64,000 nucleotides of DNA from Hypanus sabinus (lineage: Eukaryota): contig NC_082710.1 in the NCBI RefSeq assembly GCF_030144855.1, positions 142,166,001 through 142,230,000 on the forward strand. Reading direction: 5' to 3'. This document shows positions 1-12,686 of this stretch, piece after piece. The translations under genes were made by a program, and so were the position numbers. Each line of letters starts with the position of its first letter. Position 1 is the first letter of the stretch. The notes below the pieces were generated by a model. That model was not told the DNA's origin. It saw only the letters and a program-made list of their open reading frames with translations, and made no database searches.

Positions 1-115
1 CAGAGCCTGCCAACCAGCTCAGGCCCAACAGGGCCTTCATATCTGTGCCAGATTTGGGGTGAGTCATGTATTGTCCATTCAGACTCATGGATGACTAGGC
101 TGAATACTTCATTGC

Positions 116-213
116 AGCACATACAAAATGCTGGAGGAACTCAGCAAGCCAGGTAGCAACTATGGAAAAGAATAAACAGTTGACATTTTGGGCCGAGACC
201 CTTCTTCAGGACT
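116..213 (-). mobile_element. Penelope-like terminal repeat fragment with degenerate hammerhead motif (family A)
   Basis: Minus strand reads AGTC-CTGAAGA-AGGGTCTCGGCCC-AAAATGTC-AACTGTTT. The same sequence ends the GIY-YIG remnant at 49150-49785. Confidence 0.75.
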
Positions 214-1011
214 TCGTTGGTTGAAGCATTGACTGCTGCTCTGAAGAGGGGACAAGAGCAGATGAAGGAGGGACGTCTCTCCCTCCTGGCTGTGTATCCT
301 CTCTTCTCACTTCTAACAATTCTTTAACAAATAAATGATGGTTCAAAAGTACTGAAATGATCAGTGATGTTCCCACCAACTGAATGTTTGAGATTGTTTT
401 ATTTACTCATTGGTCAACTGGGATATGAGTGAAATTAACCCTCCTATGTGGATCAGATTCAGCTTGGCTATGATGAAGGAGGTAGGCTCTGAGTCCAGGG
501 ACACGGGAGTAACTAACTGTTCTCTCCTGGATCCCCTTTGAACTTAATGAGAACTGTTGTGAGTTTGTCAGGTCAGTGCTAAGCACCCCGCCACAGTCCT
601 GACATGACATTTTAGCACTTCGAGAGTCAAGGGTGGAGAGTAAAGTGGATTTGGTGCTAAAAATGGTGAATGTATGATGTGTCCTGGCTCAACCACCCAG
701 ATATAACCACTGAGCTATCTCATCCACCACGTCTACATCCTCAGGAGGATAAGAAATTTAGCATGCCCCCTTAAACCCTCACAATGTTATGATCTCATTC
801 AAACAGAGAGATAGGGTGAGGAACCCTGTACTGAGCCTTACAAGCTGCAAAATGCTCAGGTGGAAGATGAGGCGGTGTCCCTCAAGATTGTGTTTAGCAG
901 ACCAGATAGACACAGACAGAGTGATCGGAATGGGAATGGATGGGAGAATATACTCCGCTGATATAAGCAAAAAGATACCACTCATTCCAAAGCAGAAAAC
1001 ACCACACAAAA

Positions 1012-2055
1012 CATATTGGTACCAACGACGTGGCTAGGAAAAAGGAGGAGGTCCTGAAATGGACTACAGGGAGTTAGGAAAGAAGTTGAGAAGCAGGAAA
1101 GGTAGTAATCTCAGGATTATTGCCTGTGCCATGCAACAGTGAGTATAGGAATAGAATGAGGTGGAGGATAAATGCGTGGCTGAGGGATTGGAGCAGTGGG
1201 GAGGGATTCAGATTTCTGGATCATTGGGACCTCTTTTGGGGCAGGAATGACCTGTACAAAAAGGACAGGCTGCACTTGAATCCAAAGGGAACCGATATCC
1301 TGGTGGGGAGATTTGCTAAGGCTACTGGGGAGAGTTTACACTAGAATTGCTGGCGGTGGGAACTGAACTGATGAAACAGAGGAAGGGGCGGTTGGCTCAC
1401 ACATAGAGAAAGCTTGTAGGCAGTGTGAGAGGGAGAATAGGCAGGTGATGAATTGGCCTTCATCAACCGTGGGATTGAGTTTACCAGCCAGGAGGTAATG
1501 GTACAGCTTTTTAGGAACTTGGTCAGACCCCACTTGGAATACTGTGCTCAGTTCTGGTCACCTCACCACAGGAAGGATACGGAAACTATGGAAAGGGTGC
1601 AGAAGAGATTTACAAGGATGTTGTCTGGATTGGGGAGCATGCCTTATGAGAATAAGTTGAGTAAACCTGGCCTTTTCTCCTTGGAGCGACAGAGGATGAG
1701 TTGACCTGATAGAGGTGTATAAGATGATGGGAGGCATTGATCATGTGGATAGTCAGAGGCATTTTCCCAGGGCTGAAATGGCTAACACGAGAGGGTGCTT
1801 AAGATGCTTGGAAGTGGGTACAGAGGAGATACCAGAGTTAAGTTTTTTACACAAAGAGTGCTGAGTGTGGACTGGGCTGCCAGCGACAGTGGTGGATATG
1901 ATAGGGTCTTTTAAGAGAATCCTGGATAGGTACATGGAGCTTAGAAAAATAGAGGGCTATGGGTAACCCTAGGTAATTTCTAAAATAAGTACATGTTCAA
2001 CATGGCATTGTGGGCTGAAGGGCCTGTAGTGTGTTGTAGGTTTTCTATGTTTCTA
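1012..2055 (+). mobile_element. CR1 LINE remnant: ORF1 SGNH-esterase C-terminus joined to ORF2 C-terminus and 3' UTR
   Basis: HIGTNDV..VISGLLPVP..INAWLRDW..GFRFLDHW..DRLHLN (1012-1344); LVRPHLEYCAQFWSPH (1453-1704); TTCTATGTTTCTA tail. Confidence 0.9.
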
Positions 2056-2559
2056 AAATGCCAGAGGAATTCAGCAGGTCAGGAAATACCCTTGGAAAGG
2101 AATAAAGAGTCACCATTTTGGGGCAAGACCCTTTATCAGGACCACTGAATCCAATGACTAAGGTATTGGCCACCCTACTTCTTTGAGCCATGAGTGGACC
2201 AGGCACCAGATAAAAAAGACCAATAGGCAGTGATTCTAGGACACTTCTTTTTTAAGACATTTTGCTTGTTAACATCCATAGATAAACATCAGTGAGAGGG
2301 AGAGAGAGAGAGAGAACAATTGAGAACTGAGTGCTTATCACTAACCTACTGGTGTTTTGCTCTTGATTGTGAGTACCACGCACATGTCTACTCAGGGTTT
2401 TAAATAATGGGCTCAGATTCAATGCTGTGGATGCATGGCTAGAATGTCAGAACTTTCTTTTGGCCACCTGTGTTTGAGTCTTGATTACATCCATACTTTC
2501 ATCCTCATGATATTTGGGCCATTTCTTTCTTCTCACAGTCAACATCATCAACAACAGAC

Positions 2560-2700
2560 TGCATTGTTACTTAACTGTGTGGGGCCTTGATCTGTACAAA
2601 TCAGCTGCCATAGTTTCTACGCTACAACAAAGGCAGCACTTCAAAAGATACTTCATTAAGTGTAGTGTTTTGGGATATCCTAGGTCATTAAAAACTGTCA
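2560..2700 (+). mobile_element. Ancient Deu-domain-like SINE fragment with L2-like tail
   Basis: TGTACAAATCAGCTGCC..CTACAACA..CACTTCAAAAGATACTTCATT..TTTGGGATATCCT resembles the DeuSINE/AmnSINE1 3' part, judged from memory. Confidence 0.55.
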
Positions 2701-3663
2701 CATCAATTCTCTTTCTCGTTCTTCCCGGTACTACTCCCTCCCTCCACCACCATACCAAAGATCCAATCAAAATTCTTCACAGCTAATACTCCATCTAATT
2801 TCTACTTGGCATGCCAGTGTCTAACTCAAAGACTACCCCAGGCGATGTCATGCCAAACCAGTAAACCTCCTTACCAACATACACTGAGTTAGGAAATAGA
2901 AACCTCCTAAAATAAAACACAATTACAAAGCTGATATTTTGCAGAAGCAGAACTATATTATCGAAAAGAAAATTCCTATTTCTGCTTTGTACAATGCAAA
3001 GAATGTGATAGCTTTTTTTTGGGTCGAGTACATTGCTTCCCTGAGTTGTTTATTCTGATGCAGTTTTAATAGATCTTTGAATTGAGAACTGCTCCCCCCC
3101 CCCCCCCACCAAAGCAAATCTCCACAGAGTTGATCCCAAATGTACTGATTCTGAGAGATTTTTCCCCTTTATTTAATGATTTTGTTTAAAATATTTATTT
3201 GTTGAGGGAAAAAGCCTTAGTTCGCAGTAAAATTGAGAATATGCTAATTGGTAACATTCACTAAGAGTGCCAGATTTTCATTGAATCTAACTATTCGGAG
3301 TCCACTTCTATTTTGGTCTTTATCCTGGAGGTCAGAATTAACCATTGCAGGGTTGGTAGAAATAACCTTTGATCATTTTTCCAAACTTTAGGGTGGAATT
3401 CAGCTGGTCTCTGGATCCTCTCTAGAACTTCCGTTCGCATATTTCATATAACAGGAGGAGTGGCAATGAAATCTAAGCCAGCACTGGAGCTTTCAGATTG
3501 AGAAGATCAGATGTCACTGAGCATAAATCAAAACAGTTTTAAAATAATACTATTCCTTGGAAATTGGTCATTCCTGTTGCTATGCCTCCTGGTCCATTTT
3601 TAAATTGTCAGACATGATAAATCATTTGAAATAGTAGCCTGGAAAGCTGGGAAGATCATAACC

Positions 3664-3858
3664 TTCTAGAAACTGCTTTAAAACATTCTGAAGCAATGCT
3701 TTATGGCATTTTTAAACAGAGCTTTTTTGCGCTCTGGAACAATGTTGTAGAGTGCCCCAGAACAATGCAAGGCAGTGTTCTAGAACAACATTTTGGGCCC
3801 TAGACTGATGCTTTATGGTGTTCTAAAGCAATGCTTTATGGCTTTCTAAAACAAAGCA
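3664..3858. repeat. Degenerate ~23-bp minisatellite, about 9 units
   Basis: Units such as TTCTGAAGCAATGCTTTATGGCA (3686), CTCTGGAACAATGTTGTAGAGTG (3732) and TTCTAAAGCAATGCTTTATGGCT (3821). Confidence 0.8.
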
Positions 3859-4624
3859 GTAGAGTGAGAGGCCACCCAGTCCTTCAATCCACTGGTAGAC
3901 TGTCCACTCAGACTGCTCACCCTTCCCACACAGCCTCTAAATATTTTCCAATGTTAATAATTCCTCCTACATTGTTGGGAATTCTACTCAGATTGGGATG
4001 TGCAGAAGATGATGTGTGAATGTGTGGTAGGAATGAGATTGGTGATTGCGCGTATTGACAATTTATGTTATACCTGCATGTGTACACTGGAGTCCCCTAC
4101 AAAAGCATTCATTCGATACACATATTCCAGTTAAAATCAGTACAGTAATTCCAGACATAATCACAAAATATGATTTAACAACGTAGAGTGAAGATCAGGC
4201 AGGGGCTCCAAACATTCATTGTGATGCACAACCAGAATTGTATCACTTTCCTGGTAATACAATCTGCTTTTAGAGCACAACACATAGGGAAAAATATTTT
4301 GATCAGATCCCTTAGCTACATCTCTCATAATACCTCTGTCAGGTCACCACCTCAACCTTCTTCAATCCAGGGTAAACAAGCCCTGCCCATCCAATCTCTT
4401 CCCAAAACTAAAGTATTCCAATCCAGAAACATCCTGGTGGATCTCATCTGCAGTGTGCCAAGTTGTTTTCTGCAAACACTTCTGTGAAGCATCGTGTACA
4501 AATTTCTACAATTCAAGTGCAATATATTTGTTTATTGCATTGAATTAGCTCAATAAAGTATAAACACTCATCCAGTATTGTCTATGCCAGCATTCATATT
4601 TCAGAAATATTTATCTCTAGATTT

Positions 4625-5040
4625 TTAGAACGTAGAATCGTACAGCACAGGAACAAGCCCTTCAATGTACAAAGTTGTACCAAACTAATTAAGCTAATGA
4701 CACCTAATTCCTTCTGCCCTTATATGCCCATATCACTCCATCCTCTGCACATTCATATGCCTGCTGAACAGCCTCTTAAACATCTCTAACATATCTGTCT
4801 CCACCACCACCTCTGATAATGCATTCAAGGCACCCAGCACTCTCTGTAAAAGAAAACTTGCCCCATATGCCTTCTTCGAACTTCCCCCTCTCACAAATAA
4901 ATGAATATCTGCAGATGCTGGAAATCCAGGCAACACACACAAAATGTTGGAGGGCCTCTCATCATTTTCTAAACTTCTATCATGCGTCCCCTTCATCCTC
5001 TACTGCCCCAGGGCAAACACTCCAAGTTCGTCAGATCTTC
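4625..5040 (-). mobile_element. CR1 LINE 3' fragment with a small PLE-repeat insert
   Basis: Minus translation NALSEVVVETDMLEMFKRLFSRHMNVQRME; AGAACGTAGAA tail. Confidence 0.8.
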
Positions 5041-5064
5041 TTTATTCATTATATATATATATAT

Positions 5065-5560
5065 TTGGCCCAGTACATCACTGGTAAAGCCCTCCCAACC
5101 ATTCAGCACATCTACATGAAATGCTGTCGTAGGAAAACAGCATCAATCATCTGAGATCCTCACCACCCAGGCCACGCTCCCTTCTCACAACTGCCATCGG
5201 ATAGAAGGTACAATGCTTCAGGGTTCATACCACCAAGTTCAAAAAATGTTACTACACCTCAGTCATCAGGCTCTTGAATAAAAGGTGCTAACTACACTCC
5301 TTTCATCACTGAAATGTTCCTACAGCCAGCGATCTCACTTTCAGGACTCTTTATCACATTATCTCAAGTTCTCGTTATTTATTGCTATTTATTTATATTT
5401 GCATTTGCACAGTTTGTTATCTTCTGCACTCCGGTTGATCGTTCAATGATCCTGTTATAATTACTATCTTACAGATTTGCTGAGTATGCCTGCAGGAAAA
5501 TAAATCTCAGTGTTGTATACATATATGTATTTTGATAATAAAATTTACTATGAACTTTGA
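5065..5560 (+). mobile_element. Rex1/Babar-type LINE 3' fragment
   Basis: AQYITGKALPTIQHIY..CRRKTASII.DPHHPGH; (TGAACTT)n-like tail. Confidence 0.75.
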
Positions 5561-5699
5561 ACATTGGTACATGCTAATGACAGAGAAGGAAGCTATTTGG
5601 TCTGTTATATCTATGATAGCCCTCAGAGCATATTCATTATAATCTCATTTGAGTTCTCTGAGCTGATCCTTCTGCTCCTCACCTACACCTACACTGGGG

Positions 5700-6065
5700 T
5701 AACCATGGATGGTAGAAGCTACAAGCATAGGTTGGATAAACTTGGGCTCTTTTCCCTGGAGGCTGAGGGGACATCCAGAGTTTGACATGTCAAACACTAG
5801 AGAGCATGCATTTAAGTTGTGGGGGGGGGGGGGGGCGTAGTTTAAAGGAGAAGTACAGGGAAAGTTGTTTTGCCCAGAGAGTTTAGGTGCCTGGGACAGG
5901 CTGCCAGAGGTGGTATTGGAGACAGACACATCTATATGCAGGGAATGGAGGGGCATGGATATCACATGTGGGGATAAGAGATTTAGTTTAATTTGACACT
6001 GTGTTCAGCACAGACATTATGGGCTGAAGGTCCTGTTCTGTCCTGTACTGCTCTATGTTCTCTGT
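5700..6065 (+). mobile_element. CR1 LINE 3' fragment
   Basis: SYKHRLDKLGLFSLE followed by a CR1-type 3' UTR ending CTATGTTCTCTG. Confidence 0.8.
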
Positions 6066-7109
6066 TAACCATTTCACCTACCGATACATTTTTGGGGTGA
6101 AATCAAAGCAATGGGGGTAAACCATCAGAGTCCCACAAGGAAGAACGTGCAAGCTCCACACATACAATGGTGGAGCTCAGAACCCAGCTTGGATCCCTGG
6201 GGCTATGAAACAGCAGCACTACCCGCTGTGCCGCTGTGTCACCCCATGCCACGTAGCATCACACAAGCCACCTGCCAATCCTTTCATCTTAGCCTTTCAG
6301 TGCAGCTTCCTTTTGCCAAATAGGGCTTTCAGTCTTGGCTATCCGAGTGTCTGCTAATCTTACTTTCAACTGATGAATTTTTATGAACAGTAACCGAGTC
6401 TACATTCCACTGTGCAATTATCATTCAGACCCGAGCGGTATCACAAGGAATGTGATTGGATATCTTAATCTGATTAAAACCCTGAGCTTGCAGTGTTCCT
6501 CTGCAGTAACGTTAAGACACCCTGCTTGATGGTGGAGCAGCAGAGAGTGAACAGTAGCAACCTCAACTATTCAACTACATCATCAAACCGCCCCCTAGTT
6601 AGTTCTGACAACCGATGAATAGAGTGTCCTGGCAGGACCCTGCGAGCGGATTGCCTTCTTTGTCATTTTAATCACAAGGAATTTGTGCTTGGGCTGCATT
6701 CATAAACTCCAGAAAGAGAGAAAGAACGGATTAAATTTAACACTGAGAAAATGCCGAGATCTTTTCAAGTGTCCGTATTTCCTTTCCGTATGTTTAGAGA
6801 GATTCCTTTCCCTGGATGGTCATGTAGTGATTATACTTGGATAGGGAGCATGATGCACGTGAGTCAGCTGTAAGTAAGGTTTAAGTCCGATCCGGAAACT
6901 TGCACAGTAACTCCCACTGCTCACCCACACACCACGCCCCCCACCCCCCAGGAACTTCCGGATCAACGCACGATTCTCATAGCACAATGCCGTGATTTAA
7001 AATTCATTCTCTCACATCAAGCAGAAGATACAAAAGCTTGAGAACATGAACCACCAAGGTTAAGGAACGGCTTCTACCCTCCTGTTAACAGACTTGCCAT
7101 ACAGAATAT

Positions 7110-7850
7110 TGAATACAAAAAGAGTACAGCACAGGAACAGACCCTTCAGCCCACAGTGCTGTGCCAATCCAGATAAAAAGCAAATCAAAAACACCCAAAC
7201 ACTAATCCCTCCTCCCTACACAGTGTCCATACCCTCCATCTGCCTCACATTCATCTGCCTATCTAAACTTCTCTTAAAAGCCTCTAATGCATTTGCCTCT
7301 ACCACTGTACTAGGAAGTGCATTCCAAGCATCCACAATACTCTGAGTAAAAAACTTACCCCTCACCTCCCCCTTAAACCCACCCCCTCTCACCTTCAGTG
7401 CATGCCCTCTGGCATTAGATGTCTCAACCCTGGGGAACAGATACTCTCTGCCTCTCATAAACCTCGATCAGATCTCCCCTCGGCCTCTGACGCTCCGGAG
7501 AAAACAACCCAAGTTTAATCAGACTCTTACATGCCCTGTAAACCAGACAGCATCCTGGTAAACTTCTTCTGCCCCCTCTCCAAAGCCTCAACATCCTTCC
7601 TATAGTGGAGTGACTGTATGCTAAGAGATGAACTCTTAATCTCTTGATCTCACAATAACATTGGCCCACAATGTTATACCAGACTCTTAAGCAACACTGC
7701 ATTCTATTTAACCCTGCCCTCCTATACAGCCCATAACTCTCCATTTTTCTTTCATCCATGTACCTACCTAAAAGTCTCTCAAATTTCCCTACTATATCAG
7801 GCTCCACCACCACCCCAGGCAATGTGTTCCAGACACTTATCACTCTCTGT
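7110..7850 (-). mobile_element. Two adjacent CR1 LINE 3' fragments
   Basis: ORFs 7216-7458 and 7424-7843: RGHALKV..FFTQSIVDAWNALP, LGLFSPERQRPRGDLIEVY. Confidence 0.85.
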
Positions 7851-7899
7851 AAAAAGCCTACAGTAATTCTGAGCTCTCATGTTTCCTTAAGATCATCAT

Positions 7900-8680
7900 A
7901 GCCAGGGATGGTAATGGGGACAAGCTCCCACTACTTATTAAATGCTCCCAATGGTGTGCGCCTCAAATAGCCTCTGACGACCATGTCCGGCTCCTGGCCT
8001 TCATGTGTGGCCTAGCTACCAAGTCTGGCCGAACCGTTCCTACTGACAGGAGAAGGGGTGAGGAAGGTTACTGCTTCCTTAAAACCAGTCACTTTGGGCA
8101 GATGGGGCTTGTCAGCCATGGTTGGTGTAGTCCCCCTGAAAGAGGGAGATGGTGAATGAAGCATATACTCTGTACTGTTTATTCATGAGCGACTTTACGG
8201 TGAATGAAGAATACAGCAAGTACTTCCCTCTCACCCCTTTACCACCACCCCCACCCCCACCCCCAGGCACTCTGGCAGGCATGAGCAATCAATCACATGC
8301 TGAAGACTGAAGGCAAGGTTTTAGGTCATTGGCAGATTCAGTGCTCCAAACTATAAGGAAATACCTGGTACACAGATTCTCAGATTTTTCAACTAAGTAT
8401 AATTGCTTCTTTTTAAACTAATGGGGAAGGCTTCAGGAGTAAAGCCAGGGGGAAAACTCTGGAGCTGGAGTTCTTAAGGCTGTCCTAGGTTGAGTTCAAA
8501 GCTGACTGGCAACTCCTGTAATGCTGCTGGCACCAAACTGCAATGGACTCCGCCGTTCCTTTGAGCACATAAGATGCGTGAAGCTTGCAACATGGGCAAC
8601 AGCTTGCTCTCCATATTGTATTGTGTATCTAGACAGGTAGGATGCAACATCCATGGTTAATCCATCCAACAGAGGCCTTA
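7900..8680 (+). mobile_element. Non-autonomous RTE-like element, interrupted at about 8130-8420
   Basis: Non-coding; ends in ATCCATGG..AGAGGCCT (8649-8678), a tail shared with the SINE at 17037-17301. The RTE assignment is inference. Confidence 0.45.
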
Positions 8681-8805
8681 GACTTCTCATACAGTAAAAG
8701 ATGAGTTCTTGATCTCTCAATCTACCTCATTGTGGCCCTTCCACTTTACTTGTCAACCTGCACTGCACTTTCTCTCTAAGCGTAACACTATCCTCTTCAT
8801 CAATG

Positions 8806-8972
8806 CACTCAAAAAGCTGTGGGAACTCAACAAGTCAAGCAGCATCTATGGAGGGAAATAAACAGTTAACTGTTTGTTTCCTCTCCATAGATACTGTGGG
8901 ATATGTTGAGTTCCTCCAGCATTTTGTGTGAGCTTCTCCAGATTTCTAGTATCTGGTGAATTTCTGGTGCCT
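8806..8972. repeat. Head-to-head palindrome of PLE family A terminal repeat
   Basis: Arms 8806-8867 and 8868-8930 are reverse complements centred on AAACAGTT|AACTGTTT. Confidence 0.85.
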
Positions 8973-11900
8973 CCACTATATTCTTCCTTTTTGCTACTTC
9001 AGTGTAATTAGGTAGGGGACGATCTGCCTGGATGGCACACTGAACAAGTTTTTCACTGTCTATCGGTAAGTCAATCCATATCAAATCCCAGCCCTTCTTT
9101 TCAGATTCCTCCCTCCCTCAGCAAGTCCAGAGCTCCATCTGACCTCAGTTTCATCACTCCACTATCGATGGTTGCTTCTGCAAAAGGCTCCAAAATTCCC
9201 TCCCTAAACAATGACTCATCACCTCCTGATATCCCTTTCATCTTTTTTTAAGGCACTTCTTTCACCTCACCTCTTTGATGTGTTTTTTATTCACCTCATT
9301 AAAACTTGCTTGATAGTGTTTCTGCGCTGCCTCATTTGACATGCTACTATATTCAAACTGCTACGTAAATGAAAACTATAGTTGCTCCTTTCTGTGGAAG
9401 AACCCTCACTAACTTTATTGTCTGCAACATTTTCTGGGCCAGTTGGATCAGAATCACAGAACTGTAGACATGCAGTGTTACAGAAGGAGGGCATTCATCC
9501 TGTATCTGTTGTCAAATATAGAACACAGGACATATAGTATAGAACGTAGAACAGTACAGGAAAGAAGTGCTGTGTTGGACAAATTAAACTAGATAATTAA
9601 ACTACCTAACTAATCATTTCTGCCCGTACATTATCTGTAGCCCTCAATTCTCTGAGCCTCTCTGAATGCCTCTATTACACTTGCTTCCCTGGCAACACAA
9701 TTCTGACTCTCTGTATACAAAACCTGCCCCACACATCTCCTTTGAGCTTGCCTCCTCTCATACCCCCTGGTATTGGACATTTCAGTCCTGCCAAATTAAC
9801 AGCCCTATCAGTAATTATTATCCCACTATAGCAGAGTAGCTGAGAAGTGTTGGAGGCAGAGGGGTGACCTGACAGATATTTGTAACGTTATGAGAGGCAT
9901 TAATAGGGTAGATAGAGACTTTTTCCCAGGGTGGATATTAAAGGGCATAGTTTTAAAGTGAGAAGGAGTAAGTTCCCACCCTGAGGTCCACAGACCCCTC
10001 AGTTAGTGGGAGGGATCTATGGAAATATTTTGGGAACCCCTAGTTTAGAGGAAATTCATGAGGCAAGTTTTTTTTAGACAGAGCTGGACAGGTGCCTGGA
10101 ATAGGCTGCCTAGGAGGTAGTGGAAGCAGATAAAACAAGAAAGAGACAGGCACATGAACAGCAGGGGCTGGAGGGTTATGGACCACATTCAGAGAAATGG
10201 GATTAGTTTAGATTGGAGAAAGGGAAAGAGCAATCAAGCCTACCAAATACTGAAAGGCCAGGAGGAAGTGCGAGATGGACGTGGAGAGGATGTTTCCAAT
10301 CCAAGAAGAGTTGAGGATCAGAGGGCACACCTTCACAATGTATGGATGTCCGTTTTAAATTTTGATGAGAATTAATTCCTTCAGCCAGGGAGTGTTTAAT
10401 CTACATGAATGCATCATCGTATCTGCTCTGCCCAAGACTGCAACTAATTGCAGAGAGTTGTGGGCACGTGCCCTCTTTACCAATCAAGAGCCTGTAAAGA
10501 ATTTCAGCACATGAAAATCAGCCTCGCCTCCATGGACCTTGTCTCACTGCCTCTGGAAAGCAGCCAGCATAATCCCACCCACCCTTGACATTCGCTCATC
10601 TTCCCTCCCCCAACAGGCACAAGGTATTGAACACAAGAGATGGTGCAGATGCTGGAAAGCCAGAGCAACACACAAAAAATACTAGACAGACTCAGCAAAT
10701 CAGGTAGCGTCTATGGAAATGAAGGAACGGTCAACCTTTCGGGCCAAGACCCTTCTTCAGAATGGCCCAGAATTTCAACCTGCTGAGTCCCTCCACAATT
10801 TTGTGCAGAAGATACTGAAGCCTGATGGCATGGCAGCTTCTATCCCACTGTTTTAAGTCTATAGGATAGCCCCAAAATACAATGAAATGGACTCCTGACT
10901 ACCTTGTTATGATATTCATCTGATTGTCTTCCTGCTCTTCACTTCACTTTCTTTATAACTGAAACACCTTATTCTGCACGCTGTTATTACCTTTCCTTGC
11001 ATTACCTCAATGCACTTTCATCGTGGTTCAGATGGTTCAGATTTTCACTGCGCTTCTGGACATTTGACAATAATAAACCAATTTTCCAAACTATGGAATT
11101 CATTGCCACAGAGGGTGATGGAGGTCAAGTAATTGGGTATACCTGAGGCAGATATTTATAGGCTCTTGATTGGTAAAGAGGGTTAAGGGTTGTAGGGAGA
11201 ATGGGGGTTGAGAGAGAAAAATCAGACATAATTGAATGGATTTGATGGCTTATTTCTGCTTCTATATCCTTTGGTCTTATGGATGGGGAGGTGGTACACA
11301 GGATCACAACAGTGAAGGTGCACCTACATTTGGTATCACATGCTATTGAAGACTCTTGCCATTCGTTGTCACCAGAAGTGATGTAAGAATTAAGAAACTG
11401 AATGAACTGAATCAATTTTCTTCAGCATTGATTGAATCAGGTCTTTATAATAATATGCCAAGGTAGTTTACAGAAGACAGAAGAATTTCAGAGTTGCATA
11501 CTTTGATAATAAATAATCCTTTGAAACGGACATGTAGATCTGTGAAATGCAGATCCCAATCAGGGTATTCCCAATATCCTGTTCATCTCATTTGCCCCTT
11601 ACTCTTCACTTAAAGTGAGCTTTTTAAACCAGTTCTTTTGAAGAGACTTCACTCTGAAACTTTCTCCCTGTATTCCTATCTTCACGGATGCACTTCCTGT
11701 TTTTATTCAGAATTCCATCATCTGCAGAACTTTAATGCTCGAACACTATTGCACAATTTGCTTGGAAAGCAGCAATGTTCTCAGTTACCTGCTAATATTT
11801 ATCCTTCAAATTGCATTAATGGAAGCAGATGTTCAAATTATCTGTACTACTTCCTATATTACAATAGTAATGGAGCAAAAAATTATTTCAATGGCTTTAA

Positions 11901-12521
11901 AACGAATTAGTCTGTTTGTGGTTGTGCTATATGAAAGCAAGATCTTTACTGAAAACTGACTGGTATTTCTACCAAAGCTCAGATGATATGAACCGCAGCA
12001 AGAACAGCCACAAGAGACTTGGAACGGGTAACGATTTTTGATACTCCAGCACCATCTATCGTTCACTTTAGATAACTGAGCATTAGATCTAATGGCAGCA
12101 ACAAACACTCTGCTGGAGGAGCTCAGCAGGTTGAGCAGCATCTCTGCGAGCAACGGAATTGTCGACGTTTTGACCCTTTCACGGATACTGCTTCACCTTC
12201 TGAGTTCCTCCAGAAAACTGTTTACAGTTCAGAGTAAACCTATTCTCAAAGTACGCATACGTCACCATATCCTGCCCTGGGATTCATTTTCTTGCAGGCA
12301 TTCACAGTAGAACAAAGAAACACAATAGAATCAATGAAAAACTACACACACCAAGTCTGAAGGACAGTCAATGTGCAAAAGAAAACAAACTCAATCTGAC
12401 CCTTTGAGTTCCCCCAGGTTCTTGTGTGTAGCCCTTTCATTGGAAATCTGGCAGTAACAAACAAGCTTTGAACTGTTAATGAAATTTATTGTGTCTTCAC
12501 TTGCATCCTTTATTTCCTTTC

Positions 12522-12686
12522 TGTTGGGCTCATTATTGAGGGATAGTGCGGAGGACACTAAGACACCAGTATGCAGGATGTTCAATCGAACTTTATTGAT
12601 AATGCTGCTTGTACAATATGTGAACTCCTCCCATGTGGGGGTGGCTAACTGAGTGACACAGGAATAACCTATTAACTACCACTACA
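12522..12686 (-). repeat. 3' LTR of Gypsy element
   Basis: Minus strand TGTAGTGGTAG...CCCAACA, preceded by PPT AAGAAGGGGAGA (12687-12698); homologous to 17681-17829. Confidence 0.92.

Noticed and set aside
3664-3858. Possible CRISPR-like array
   Set aside because: Units are contiguous and degenerate with no unique spacers or cas genes, in vertebrate DNA.
7900-8060. Possible HDV-like ribozyme at the 5' end of the RTE-like element
   Set aside because: I could not assign the P1-P4 pairings by eye; an RNArobo or Infernal search would be needed.
11970-12035. Possible host exon (..CCAAAG / ..GGAACGG|GTAAC)
   Set aside because: Weak splice signals and no recognisable peptide.
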